Positions 17,362 through 25,400 of a stretch of 43,750 nucleotides of DNA are shown in pieces. The stretch is from IMG/VR virus record IMGVR_UViG_3300037760_000105, positions 1 to 43,750 of that record. One strand, 5' to 3'. The translations under genes were made by a program, and so were the position numbers. Below the pieces are notes generated by a model. The model was not told where the DNA came from and ran no database searches. It saw only the letters and a list, made by a program, of their open reading frames with translations. This DNA is from a virus. Its lineage: Duplodnaviria; Caudoviricetes. The first letter of the stretch is position 1. Every line of letters begins with the position of its first letter.

Positions 17362-17598
17362 ATGGAGCGCGCCATCAAGCTCATCCTTCTCGGGCTGTCC
17401 GCCATCCTCGCCGCCGGTGGCGTGGGTGGCTGGGCGTCGGGGTCCGTGGCGAGGGACGCCTACGAATCGCGGGTGACCAAGCTGGAGACGGAACAGACGG
17501 GGACCGAGAAGCGCCTCGACCGGATCGAGGGGAAGCTCGACACCGTGCTCGATCGGCTCCAGCGGCCGGGCTGGCGGGACTCACGGGGAGGGCGGTAG
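17362..17598 (+). CDS. Membrane-anchored coiled-coil protein (holin-like or lysis accessory)
   Basis: N-terminal TM followed by 'RVTKLETEQTGTEKRLDRIEGKLDTVLDRL'. Confidence 0.6.
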   Translation: MERAIKLILLGLSAILAAGGVGGWASGSVARDAYESRVTKLETEQTGTEKRLDRIEGKLDTVLDRLQRPGWRDSRGGR

Positions 17599-18912
17599 GT
17601 GGCGTCCCAGATCACGGTGGGGCTCCGGCTCCCGCGACTCACGCTGACGCTCTCGAGCCTCGGCGGACAGACGACGTCGCAGCTAGGGCTACCGGGACCG
17701 CAGGGGCCACAGGGACCGCAGGGCGAGGCGGGCCCGGCGGGACATACGACGACCTGGCGCGGCGCCTACGCCGCGGAGACGGAGTACGCCGCGGGTGATG
17801 CCGTTGAGCTCGCCGGCACGCCCTACGTCGCCACGCTCGCGACGGTGGGCGTGGCGCCTCCTGCGGCCCCCTGGGCGCTCGTCGCCGCAGGGCCCGAGGG
17901 TCCAGCGGGACCGGCGGGCGAGGTCGGTCCCGAAGGGCCCGAGGGGCCGGAAGGTCCGCAGGGCGATCCGGGACCACAGGCCGTCTGGGGGGGCGCGGAG
18001 GTCGGGACGATCCAGGGCTTCTGGGTGGGCGAGACCCAGCCGCCCGACAACACGTGGATCTGGATCGTGACCGGCACCGCGCCGGGCGCGCCCGCCAGCG
18101 TGCAGGCGGTCTCGGCCATGTTCGGGATCACCGCGCTCTCGCCGCTGGTGCAGGCCCAGGACGCACCGATCGAGATCGCGGCCGCGCTGGTCGCCATGGG
18201 GCTCGTCGCCATCGCCCCCGCCGTGGTCGCGCAGGGCAGCGCCGCCGCTGTCGATGCTGCCGCAGTGCTGATCCCCGTGGACCCGATCGCGCCCGTTGTC
18301 ACGGAGCAGACGGCCGGTGCGCCTGCCTCCTACGTCTCCGCGGGAGCGGAGGCATCCAACGGCGAGGGTGCCTCTATCGTGCCGTTCCCGTCGAGCGGGA
18401 TCCAGGACGGCGATCTGTTCGTTCTCGTCCGCACCGGGTCGGACGGAGCGGCACCTTCCGGGTGGACACAGCAGATCGACCCGGGCAGCGGCGGGCAGGG
18501 GCTCCTGTACCGGTACGCGACTACCAGCGACAACGGTGGGTCCGTCACCATCGGCGCGTTCAACGACGGGGAGTACGACTACCCGACTTCCGGCCGGGTG
18601 TACGTCCTCCGCTCCACCGCGACGGTCTCTCCAATCCACGATGCTGCGTATGGAGCGTTCTCAGACACCACGGCCACGGGCAGCGCCCTCACCAGCCTGC
18701 CCTCGGGATCAATGCTGGCCTTCTTCGTCCAGACGGGCAATTCCGTGACGCCGCCCGGCGTGGGTGGCGGCATCGACACGCTCGCCACCGGCGCGGGGAC
18801 GAAGCACCTCGGGTACGGGGCGTCCGCGCCCGCGAACCCGAGCGCCCCTACGATGACGTTCGGCACAAGCCAGAACGGTGGTCACTTCACTGTCGCGATC
18901 AAGGGGGCCTAG
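17599..18912 (+). CDS. Collagen-repeat fibre protein with carbohydrate-binding-like module
   Basis: Two Gly-X-Y tracts (GPQGPQGPQGEAGPAG; GPEGPAGPAGEVGPEGPEGPEGPQGDPGPQ) flanking 'WRGAY....EY..GDAV...G..YVA......PP..PW'. Confidence 0.8.
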   Translation: MASQITVGLRLPRLTLTLSSLGGQTTSQLGLPGPQGPQGPQGEAGPAGHTTTWRGAYAAETEYAAGDAVELAGTPYVATLATVGVAPPAAPWALVAAGPEGPAGPAGEVGPEGPEGPEGPQGDPGPQAVWGGAEVGTIQGFWVGETQPPDNTWIWIVTGTAPGAPASVQAVSAMFGITALSPLVQAQDAPIEIAAALVAMGLVAIAPAVVAQGSAAAVDAAAVLIPVDPIAPVVTEQTAGAPASYVSAGAEASNGEGASIVPFPSSGIQDGDLFVLVRTGSDGAAPSGWTQQIDPGSGGQGLLYRYATTSDNGGSVTIGAFNDGEYDYPTSGRVYVLRSTATVSPIHDAAYGAFSDTTATGSALTSLPSGSMLAFFVQTGNSVTPPGVGGGIDTLATGAGTKHLGYGASAPANPSAPTMTFGTSQNGGHFTVAIKGA

Positions 18913-18915
18913 CGG

Positions 18916-20982
18916 ATGCCCCTGGCCGGCTACAGCTACGAGCACCAGCTGGAGATCACCGCTCCGGCTGGTGGGCTCGCTGCCGGCACTGTCGTCTCGG
19001 CGACGCTGGAGACGCGCACCCTCATCGCGGCCGGGCAGTGCCAGCCGACGCGGCGCGACTTTCGGGTCACGTACAACGGAACCGAGATCCACCGCGTCAT
19101 GCTCACCACGGGCAGGTGTGCGTTCCGGCTGCAAGCGAGCATCGCCGGAGACGCGACCTCCACGGCCTACGCCATCGGCTACGGCAACGCGAGCGAGGCC
19201 ACCGAGCCGCTAGAGGACCCACGTGAGGTCTGGGCGTTCTACTGCGACGGCGACGACCTCGCGACGCTGACCACCTCGGGGACGGTGTCGGCACTGGACC
19301 TGCCGCGGCCAGGGTTCTTGAAGGTCGGGGCGAACCCGGTGATCCGGCGCGGCACCTCCGGGCAGTTCGACTACGGCTGCATCCGTGAGGTCGAGCTTTT
19401 CCACGACGGGACGTACTTCTGGGCGTGCTACGACGCCTACGCCGTACCGGACGAGGACTCCTCGCTGTCGGGTGTCGGCCTCGCGCGCTCGACGGATTTG
19501 CTCAACTGGGAGAAGCGCGGGCGCAAGACGGATACGGCCGCGGGTCGCCTCAATGACGCGATCATTCATCAACTTCCCGGGCAGTCCGGACTGCACATCA
19601 CCTGGTTCAAGCACAGCACCAACAATGGATCTGGGGTGCCCTGGCCGCCGTACACCCTGCACATCGCGACGGCGGATAGTGTCGAGGGGACGTGGACCGA
19701 TCAGTACGAGTTCGCGCGCACCTCGGGCGGCTACGACGACAGCTACAACGTTGACGGGCACATCCTCACGCCCGACGGTGGCACGACGTGGATCCTCATT
19801 CACGGCGCGTCAGGGGCGAACGGCACGACTGCGGCATGGGCGCGCTCCACGACCGGACCGCTCGGCCCCTATACGAAGATGGGGCAAATCGTTTCCGGGT
19901 TTTCCGGGATCGAGAACCCACGATACCTCGTCGGCGGCGACGGGCACGACTACGTGCTCGGGAACTGGATCTCGCCCGGTGGGTACACGCGATCGAACCT
20001 CATCTACTGGAATACCGGAGGGCTGAGCTTCAGTGGATCGACCCGACTCGCCATCGTAGAGCCCGGCGATCCCGGCGATTGGGACGACTACGCGATCGGC
20101 GTCCTCGGGATGCCCGTCATCCGGGACGGGATGATTTACGCGACCTACGACGCCAACCGTGCCGCGGACGTGGCCGCTGGTGGTTTCCCGGAGAGCCTCC
20201 ACTTCTGGCGCGACGCGGGCGCGGTAGAGGCCCCGTGGCCGCCTCGCTGGGGGAAGGGGATCCAGTTCGGAGCAGCGGCGACCGCCACCACCCCCGTGCT
20301 CCTCGCGGCCGGCGCGGACGGAGAGGTGCGGGTCCGCGTCCATCCGGGCGCATCGGTCGAGTTGTTCGGTGCGGGCGAGTCGTTCCGGGTTTGGGGCGGG
20401 CCGGAAGTGGATTACCTGATCCCGGTGAACGTGGACGTGAACGGCTCCCCGGCGACTCTAGTCAATGCCTTCTCGACGGGTGTGGACGACGCCGGCAGCG
20501 CGCCGTCGCACAGCCTGCTCCTGCGCCGCAGCAGCGGGACGCTGAGCATCTACTGCCAGAGCATGCTTTTGTGGGAAGGCTCGTCCTCTGCGGCGCTGGC
20601 TGGGCGGATGAGTGGTACGGGAGCGTTTGTCGAGGAGTTGTGGGCCACCAACCCGTTGACGGCGCCGACTGCGATCTACGCCCCTACGGTGTCGCTCGCG
20701 CTCGCGGCACAGGCCCCTGCCGTCGCGCCGAGGGCCACGCCGTTCGCGGTGCCGTCGATCTCGGTCCCGGTCTCCGCGGTTGCCCCGAACGTCGCGCGCC
20801 GGGAGTTTGCCCACGTCCAGGCGGCAAGCGTAGCGGTCGCGATCGACGCCTACGTGCCAACGGTGCATGCTCTATCGGTCGGCAATCAACTGCACCTTCC
20901 CGATGGCTCATTGGTCTCGATGCGGTGGTGGGATGGTTCACAGTGGTCCCCGGCCAGCATCCGGGTCGGCCCCTTCGTCTGA
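18916..20982 (+). CDS. Virion-associated protein with five-bladed beta-propeller glycosidase-like domain (GH32/43/130-like) and DUF2341-like N-terminus
   Basis: 'GANPVIRRG..GQFD', 'VGLARSTDLLNWEK', 'GPLGPYTKMG', 'PGDWDD'; N-terminal 'RDFRVTYNGTEIHR'. Confidence 0.65.
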   Translation: MPLAGYSYEHQLEITAPAGGLAAGTVVSATLETRTLIAAGQCQPTRRDFRVTYNGTEIHRVMLTTGRCAFRLQASIAGDATSTAYAIGYGNASEATEPLEDPREVWAFYCDGDDLATLTTSGTVSALDLPRPGFLKVGANPVIRRGTSGQFDYGCIREVELFHDGTYFWACYDAYAVPDEDSSLSGVGLARSTDLLNWEKRGRKTDTAAGRLNDAIIHQLPGQSGLHITWFKHSTNNGSGVPWPPYTLHIATADSVEGTWTDQYEFARTSGGYDDSYNVDGHILTPDGGTTWILIHGASGANGTTAAWARSTTGPLGPYTKMGQIVSGFSGIENPRYLVGGDGHDYVLGNWISPGGYTRSNLIYWNTGGLSFSGSTRLAIVEPGDPGDWDDYAIGVLGMPVIRDGMIYATYDANRAADVAAGGFPESLHFWRDAGAVEAPWPPRWGKGIQFGAAATATTPVLLAAGADGEVRVRVHPGASVELFGAGESFRVWGGPEVDYLIPVNVDVNGSPATLVNAFSTGVDDAGSAPSHSLLLRRSSGTLSIYCQSMLLWEGSSSAALAGRMSGTGAFVEELWATNPLTAPTAIYAPTVSLALAAQAPAVAPRATPFAVPSISVPVSAVAPNVARREFAHVQAASVAVAIDAYVPTVHALSVGNQLHLPDGSLVSMRWWDGSQWSPASIRVGPFV

Positions 20983-20995
20983 AAGGAAACAGATC

Positions 20996-21421
20996 ATGGC
21001 CTCTTCTGCTTACATGTACGCCAACGCCAAGGAGACGTTTGCCGATGGCGCGGTGATCGACTGGGTTAACGACGCGTTCAAGGGCGTGCTCGTGTCGAGC
21101 GCCTATACTCCCGACTACGACACGCACGAGTTCCTGTCCTCCGTGACCAATACGGTGGGCACGGCGGTGGCGGTCTCCGGCAAGACACTGGCCAAGATCG
21201 GCACAGGAGCCACCGCGCAGTACGCGCTGAGATCGTCGGCGGTCTCGTTCACGGGCAACCTGACGGCGCGCGGGATGGTCCTCTACAAGGACACTGGCAG
21301 TGCGGCCACGAGCCGGCTTCTCTCCTACGTCCTGCTCGACAACGCGCCAGCGGACGTGTCCTCGTCGGTGGGCATCGACGTGACCCCTGACTCCACGAAC
21401 GGCTGGATCCGGGTGGGGTAA
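20996..21421 (+). CDS. Putative virion structural protein
   Basis: Strong RBS GAAAGGA; 'IDWVNDAFKGVLVSSAYTPD..THEF', 'ARGMVLYKDTG..ATSRLLSY' pattern seen in phage structural proteins. Confidence 0.6.
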   Translation: MASSAYMYANAKETFADGAVIDWVNDAFKGVLVSSAYTPDYDTHEFLSSVTNTVGTAVAVSGKTLAKIGTGATAQYALRSSAVSFTGNLTARGMVLYKDTGSAATSRLLSYVLLDNAPADVSSSVGIDVTPDSTNGWIRVG

Positions 21422-21424
21422 TCC

Positions 21425-21757
21425 ATGGCGAAACTCACGATGGACGAGGGCGAGTACGCCCAGGCCACGATCGACCTTACGGGGCTCGAGGCTCCGTGGG
21501 ACGACATCACCGGGGCGACGCTCACCCTGTACGCGCACGACAAAACGACCAAGACGCCGATGACTCCGGTGACCGGCGTGCTCGACGCTCCCGCCGCGGA
21601 CGGGAAGCGGCATTCCGGCTACGCGCTCGTGCCTGACACGTGGCCGTCGTCGGCGTACTTCTGCACGCTCGAGCTCGAGAAGGCCGGCGACGGCTACCCG
21701 CAGAAGCAGTCGTTCGATCTCGTGATCGAGCCGGTCGCGCTGCGTCCGGCGACGTAG
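21425..21757 (+). CDS. BppU-N-like Ig-fold adaptor protein
   Basis: 'DDITGATLTL', beta-rich 110 aa; located among fibre genes. Confidence 0.45.
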   Translation: MAKLTMDEGEYAQATIDLTGLEAPWDDITGATLTLYAHDKTTKTPMTPVTGVLDAPAADGKRHSGYALVPDTWPSSAYFCTLELEKAGDGYPQKQSFDLVIEPVALRPAT

Positions 21758-21776
21758 CCACCCAGGGGGAGAGACC

Positions 21777-23018
21777 ATGGGCTTCATTGAAGATCCCACA
21801 CTGTTCGACGACAAGGCCGCGCTACGGGAGCTCCCTGCCGGCGCCTCGGCAACGAACTACCCCCGGGCCTCGGACCTGAACGCACTCAAGGACGCGGCGC
21901 TGGATCTGCGCACGGAAGCCATCGCGATGGCGGAGGACATCTCGAACTTCGTATTGGGTACGCCCTCGGCGAGCACCGCCCTCGTCACCGCCACCGGGAG
22001 CACGACGGCGAGGACGCTGGCGGACACCCAGACGCACGCGGTGGTTCCGGGTAGCGGCGGCAACCGGAGCATCGTGGGCAACCCCGACACGAACACGATC
22101 GCAACGGATTCGGTCGGAAACACGATCTCGGGCGGCGGAAATTCACCCGATTCGCCGAACATCATCGGCACCGCGCCCGGGAAAAACGTTTGGGTCGCGA
22201 CGATCGGCGGCGGCTACGACAATCAGAGTGACGGCACGGCAAGCACCATTGGCGGTGGGGCGCATCACAGGATCACTCCGGTCAGCGCGACGCTCGGCCA
22301 CGGTCACCACGGCACCATCGGCGGAGGCTCGTTCAGCACGCTCTCCGCAGATGGCGACTACAACACCATCGGTGGCGGGACGCAGCACGTCATCGACGGC
22401 ACGTCATCGTCGGCGACCATCGCAGGTGGCAACGACAACACCGTATCCGCTAACCGCGGATCCATTATCGGGGGGCAGGCGAACACGGTCACGGGCGTCG
22501 GCGGCTCGGTCCTCGGCGGATTGGAGAACGTTGCGGCGGGCCAGTGGAGCACGGCGAGCGGTTATGGCGGGAAGGCGACCTTCGAGGGGCAGCGCGCGCA
22601 CGGCGTCAGTTACTTCGGCGTTGCCGGCGACGCGCAAGGGTTCGACGCCGTCCTGAAGCGGGTAACGACCGACGGATCCGCCGCGTCCATGACGATCGGT
22701 ACTGCCGGAACGTTCATGGTGCTGCCCGACAACACCACGTGGGCTTTTGACGCGCTGATCGTGGGCCGCAACACGGCGGCGGACGAGCACGCCGCGTACA
22801 AGGTCTCAGGACTGATCAAGCGAGACTCGGGGGCCGGAACGGTGGCGCTCGTGGGTTCCGTCACGACGACAGTAATCGCTGAGACCGTCGCCGCCTGGAC
22901 CGCGTCGGCAACGGCGGAGACCGCTACGGGTGATCTCCGAATCCGGGTGACCGGGGAGGCCGGGAAGACGATCCGGTGGTCGGCGTTCGTCCACGCGGCT
23001 GCGGTTACGGGCCCGTAG
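21777..23018 (+). CDS. Tail fibre/adhesin with YadA-head-like beta-roll repeats
   Basis: Repeated 'S/T-IGGGxxN' units; 'TATGSTTARTLAD' fibre-neck motif. Confidence 0.75.
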   Translation: MGFIEDPTLFDDKAALRELPAGASATNYPRASDLNALKDAALDLRTEAIAMAEDISNFVLGTPSASTALVTATGSTTARTLADTQTHAVVPGSGGNRSIVGNPDTNTIATDSVGNTISGGGNSPDSPNIIGTAPGKNVWVATIGGGYDNQSDGTASTIGGGAHHRITPVSATLGHGHHGTIGGGSFSTLSADGDYNTIGGGTQHVIDGTSSSATIAGGNDNTVSANRGSIIGGQANTVTGVGGSVLGGLENVAAGQWSTASGYGGKATFEGQRAHGVSYFGVAGDAQGFDAVLKRVTTDGSAASMTIGTAGTFMVLPDNTTWAFDALIVGRNTAADEHAAYKVSGLIKRDSGAGTVALVGSVTTTVIAETVAAWTASATAETATGDLRIRVTGEAGKTIRWSAFVHAAAVTGP

Positions 23019-23043
23019 GTCTCCCCGCTATTTCCGCGCTACC

Positions 23044-23134
23044 GGGTCGCCGGGGGTCGCTCCGGGTCGCCCGGAGGGTGCGCGGGGGAGGGCGTAACCC
23101 CGCGACTCCCCGTGGGCGGGTCGGCGTGGGTCGC
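23044..23134 (+). repeat. GGGTCGC repeats at 10-bp period; putative integrase arm-type or Xis binding sites
   Basis: GGGTCGC at 23044, 23054, 23064 and 23128; GGGTCGG at 23118; adjacent to the putative att core. Confidence 0.55.
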
Positions 23135-23139
23135 ACCCT

Positions 23140-23170
23140 CGACAGAACCCGGCTTATTGGGCGGCTCCGG
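23140..23170 (+). other. rnpB: Putative attP core: 3'-terminal fragment of RNase P RNA
   Basis: CGACAGAACCCGGCTTAT matches the conserved CR-V/P4 3' strand of type A RNase P RNA, followed by a plausible P1 3' strand (TGGGCGGCTCCGG); ends 10 bp from the integrase stop codon. Confidence 0.8.
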
Positions 23171-23180
23171 TGTTTTACTT

Positions 23181-24365
23181 CTAACCGCCCGATTTCTTTG
23201 GGCGCGGCCCCGCGATCTTGCGATCGACTCGCGGGATCCCACCTTCGTCCCGGATATGTCCCGCCACCTTCCCGCCGGCGGAGAGGTCCACCTGCAGCGC
23301 CCCGTGCACCCCGTCCGCGAACCACCCCGGGGCGAGGTGGGCGTATCGCTCGGTGATCGAGATGCTCGAGTGACCGAGGATGGCCTGCAGCTCGCGCAAC
23401 GGACGGCCCGCCATGGCCCACTGCGAGGCGAACGTGTGCCGGGTGCACTCGTACCAGCCGAGCCCCTCGCGCTCGAGCCCTAGCCCCTGCAGCGCGTTCC
23501 TGAGCGCCTTCCCGGGGGTGTTCTTGTCCACCTTCTTCCCGTCGATGCGGAGCGGGGGGATTACCCGGCCCGGCCCTGGGTGGCGAAGCCGCCACGCCTG
23601 CAGCACGGGCAGGAGCGGATCGAGGATCGGAACCGGCCTAGGGTCCCGGTCTTTCGTCGCCCCCTTCACGCTCTCCGAGACGAGGATGCGCTGGCCCTGC
23701 AGGTCCACCGACCGCCACTGCAGCGCGAACACCTCGCCCGTTCGCAGGCCCGCAAGGCTCCCGATCGCGAACGCGACGTTGAGCGGCTCCCTGAGCTGCA
23801 GGTACACCCGGCGCACGTCCTCGAGTCGCTCGAGAAAAGGGGTCGTGCGCGGGTCATGATCGCTCCTCACGAGCCGCAGCAGACTCTTCGGGAGGTGACG
23901 CGCGGGATTCCTCGATGCGAGCCCGCGCTCGAGCAGGTCCTCGTACAGGCTCGAGAGCGTGGCGACGACGACCCGGAGCGTCCCGGGCGCCAACTCGGCG
24001 CGCTTCGCCTCGACGAGGGCGCGGAGTAGGGCAGAGTCCACCTCGTCGGGACGGAGGTGCCCGACCCAGGGGGCGAGGTGCCTGCGCCAGCGTGAGGCGT
24101 CCTCGCCGCCTGCAGCGTGGGTCTTCTTCCGGCGGTCGAGCCAGGGCCCGGCGAGCGCGCCGAGGGTCGGGACGAGGCGGGGATCTGCAGCGACCCCTAG
24201 CCGTCGATGCAGCTTCTCGGTGCGAAGGATCGCGGCACGCGCCTCCGCCTCGCTCTTGGTGCGGAAGCCGCTTTCGTAGACGTGGCCGGGACCGCGTCCG
24301 ACGGTGAGGGAGAAGCCGAGCCCTTCGCGGCGGATGGAACCTGAGCCCTTCGGTCGGCGCTTCAT
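23181..24365 (-). CDS. int: Tyrosine integrase
   Basis: N-terminal 'MKRRPKGSGSIRR'; catalytic 'AGLRTGEVFALQW', K, 'YECTRHTFAS', 'ILGHSSISITERYAH' (Y replaces the usual H in HxxR). Confidence 0.95.
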   Translation of the reverse strand: MKRRPKGSGSIRREGLGFSLTVGRGPGHVYESGFRTKSEAEARAAILRTEKLHRRLGVAADPRLVPTLGALAGPWLDRRKKTHAAGGEDASRWRRHLAPWVGHLRPDEVDSALLRALVEAKRAELAPGTLRVVVATLSSLYEDLLERGLASRNPARHLPKSLLRLVRSDHDPRTTPFLERLEDVRRVYLQLREPLNVAFAIGSLAGLRTGEVFALQWRSVDLQGQRILVSESVKGATKDRDPRPVPILDPLLPVLQAWRLRHPGPGRVIPPLRIDGKKVDKNTPGKALRNALQGLGLEREGLGWYECTRHTFASQWAMAGRPLRELQAILGHSSISITERYAHLAPGWFADGVHGALQVDLSAGGKVAGHIRDEGGIPRVDRKIAGPRPKKSGG

Positions 24366-24375
24366 GCCCTGGAGG

Positions 24376-24642
24376 CTACCGCGGAGGCGCGCGCGGAGGC
24401 CAGATGACCATCCGTACCCCACCCGCGGGAGGGGCCAGCTCGAGGCGCCCGTCGCGGATCCAGCGCTGCACCGCCCGGGTGGTCACCTCCAGCCGGCGGG
24501 CCGCCTCGGGGATGGTCACCGCCGAGTCGTTGGAGGAGCGGAGCCGCTCGAGCTCCTGGCGCAGGGGGGCTACGGCGCGCTCGACCGCGACCGCGATCCG
24601 CTGGTCGAGGAGGTCCTCGAGCGAGTGCGCCGTCGCGGCCAT
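24376..24642 (-). CDS. xis: Excisionase-like HTH protein
   Basis: 'VTIPEAARRLEVTTRAVQRWIRDGRL'; directly upstream of int. Confidence 0.8.
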   Translation of the reverse strand: MAATAHSLEDLLDQRIAVAVERAVAPLRQELERLRSSNDSAVTIPEAARRLEVTTRAVQRWIRDGRLELAPPAGGVRMVIWPPRAPPR

Positions 24643-25099
24643 GGTCTACGCTGCCTCCCATCGGATCTTCTGCTGCATCGGGTGACGGTCCACGCGCGGC
24701 CGCTTCTCTCGACTCCATGACCCGCCGCCGGTCCGTTCGGCCACGACGCGCCACCCGGCAGCTCGGAGCGACGCCCCGCCCTCCTCGGGCAGCGTGTACG
24801 TGACGAGCTTCCGCCACCCGAGGGCGAGGGCGGCCCGGCGGCAGGCGGCGTACAGCATCGAACAGGCGTTGTGCGTCCCGTCTGTCGCTACCCGGGTGAT
24901 CTCGGCGGTCCACCCGTCGTTGAGCATCCTGGCGACGGGACGTCCCACGATGGCGACGCCCACGATCCGTCCCTCGTCCGCCACGGCCACCGCGAACAGT
25001 CCGCCCGGGGGCGGCTTGTGGTGGCGGTGATGCTGGGCGACGAATGACGCCGCGTCCTGCATCGACGTGGGGACGATCTCCATGGTCTACGCTGCCTCC
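24639..25099. repeat. 20-bp direct repeats (24639-24658 and 25080-25099) flanking the XF1762-family gene
   Basis: CCATGGTCTACGCTGCCTCC twice; on the - strand reads GGAGG-CAGCG-TAG-ACC-ATG-G. Confidence 0.9.
24646..25083 (-). CDS. XF1762-family protein (GNAT/Mom-like, putative DNA-modifying acyltransferase)
   Basis: 'FVAQHHRHH', 'VGVAIVGRPVARML.DGWTAEITRVATDGT.NACSMLY', 'LVTYTL..E.GASLRAAGW'. Confidence 0.75.
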   Translation of the reverse strand: MEIVPTSMQDAASFVAQHHRHHKPPPGGLFAVAVADEGRIVGVAIVGRPVARMLNDGWTAEITRVATDGTHNACSMLYAACRRAALALGWRKLVTYTLPEEGGASLRAAGWRVVAERTGGGSWSREKRPRVDRHPMQQKIRWEAA

Positions 25100-25281
25100 G
25101 TGGGAGGGCGGGGCGGCGGGGAGCACCGCGGGCACAGGTGCCTGGGGGTGGACAGCCAGCACTCCTTCGTCTCGCACCAGTGCATCCCCGTTGCCTCCTG
25201 GATCCGGCGCGCAGCGGAGCACGGCCAGGGCTCGCCACAGGAGGCGCACCTGCCATCGGCCCCCGGATCTCGTCGGCTCAC
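25087..25281 (-). CDS. Small Cys-rich zinc-finger protein
   Basis: 'CASCGEPWPC', 'CETKEC', 'CPRC'; GGAGG RBS. Confidence 0.55.
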   Translation of the reverse strand: MSRRDPGADGRCASCGEPWPCSAARRIQEATGMHWCETKECWLSTPRHLCPRCSPPPRPPTEAA

Positions 25282-25400
25282 GGCGCCTCCTCCTTGGGCG
25301 GACACTCCCCGCACGGACACCCCTCCCCGTGAGCGCAGGCGCAGGAGAGCAGACCTGCGGCCACGAGGAGAGCCCAGACGACGAGGGCGAGGGCGGTCAC
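25278..25400 (-). CDS. 40-aa membrane peptide with Cys-rich tail (below the ORF-track size cutoff)
   Basis: MTALALVVWALLVAAGLLSCACAHGEGCPCGECPPKEEAP; GTGA overlaps with both neighbours. Confidence 0.6.
   Translation of the reverse strand: MTALALVVWALLVAAGLLSCACAHGEGCPCGECPPKEEAP

Noticed and set aside
23040-23140. CRISPR array or tRNA at the att region
   Set aside because: Repeats are 7 bp with 3-bp gaps; there is no spacer structure, no cas gene, and no cloverleaf or T-loop motif.
22800-23180. A complete phage-encoded RNase P RNA gene
   Set aside because: Only the last ~30 nt match. The upstream sequence is fibre coding sequence and short repeats, without the 5' GAGGAAAGTCC element.
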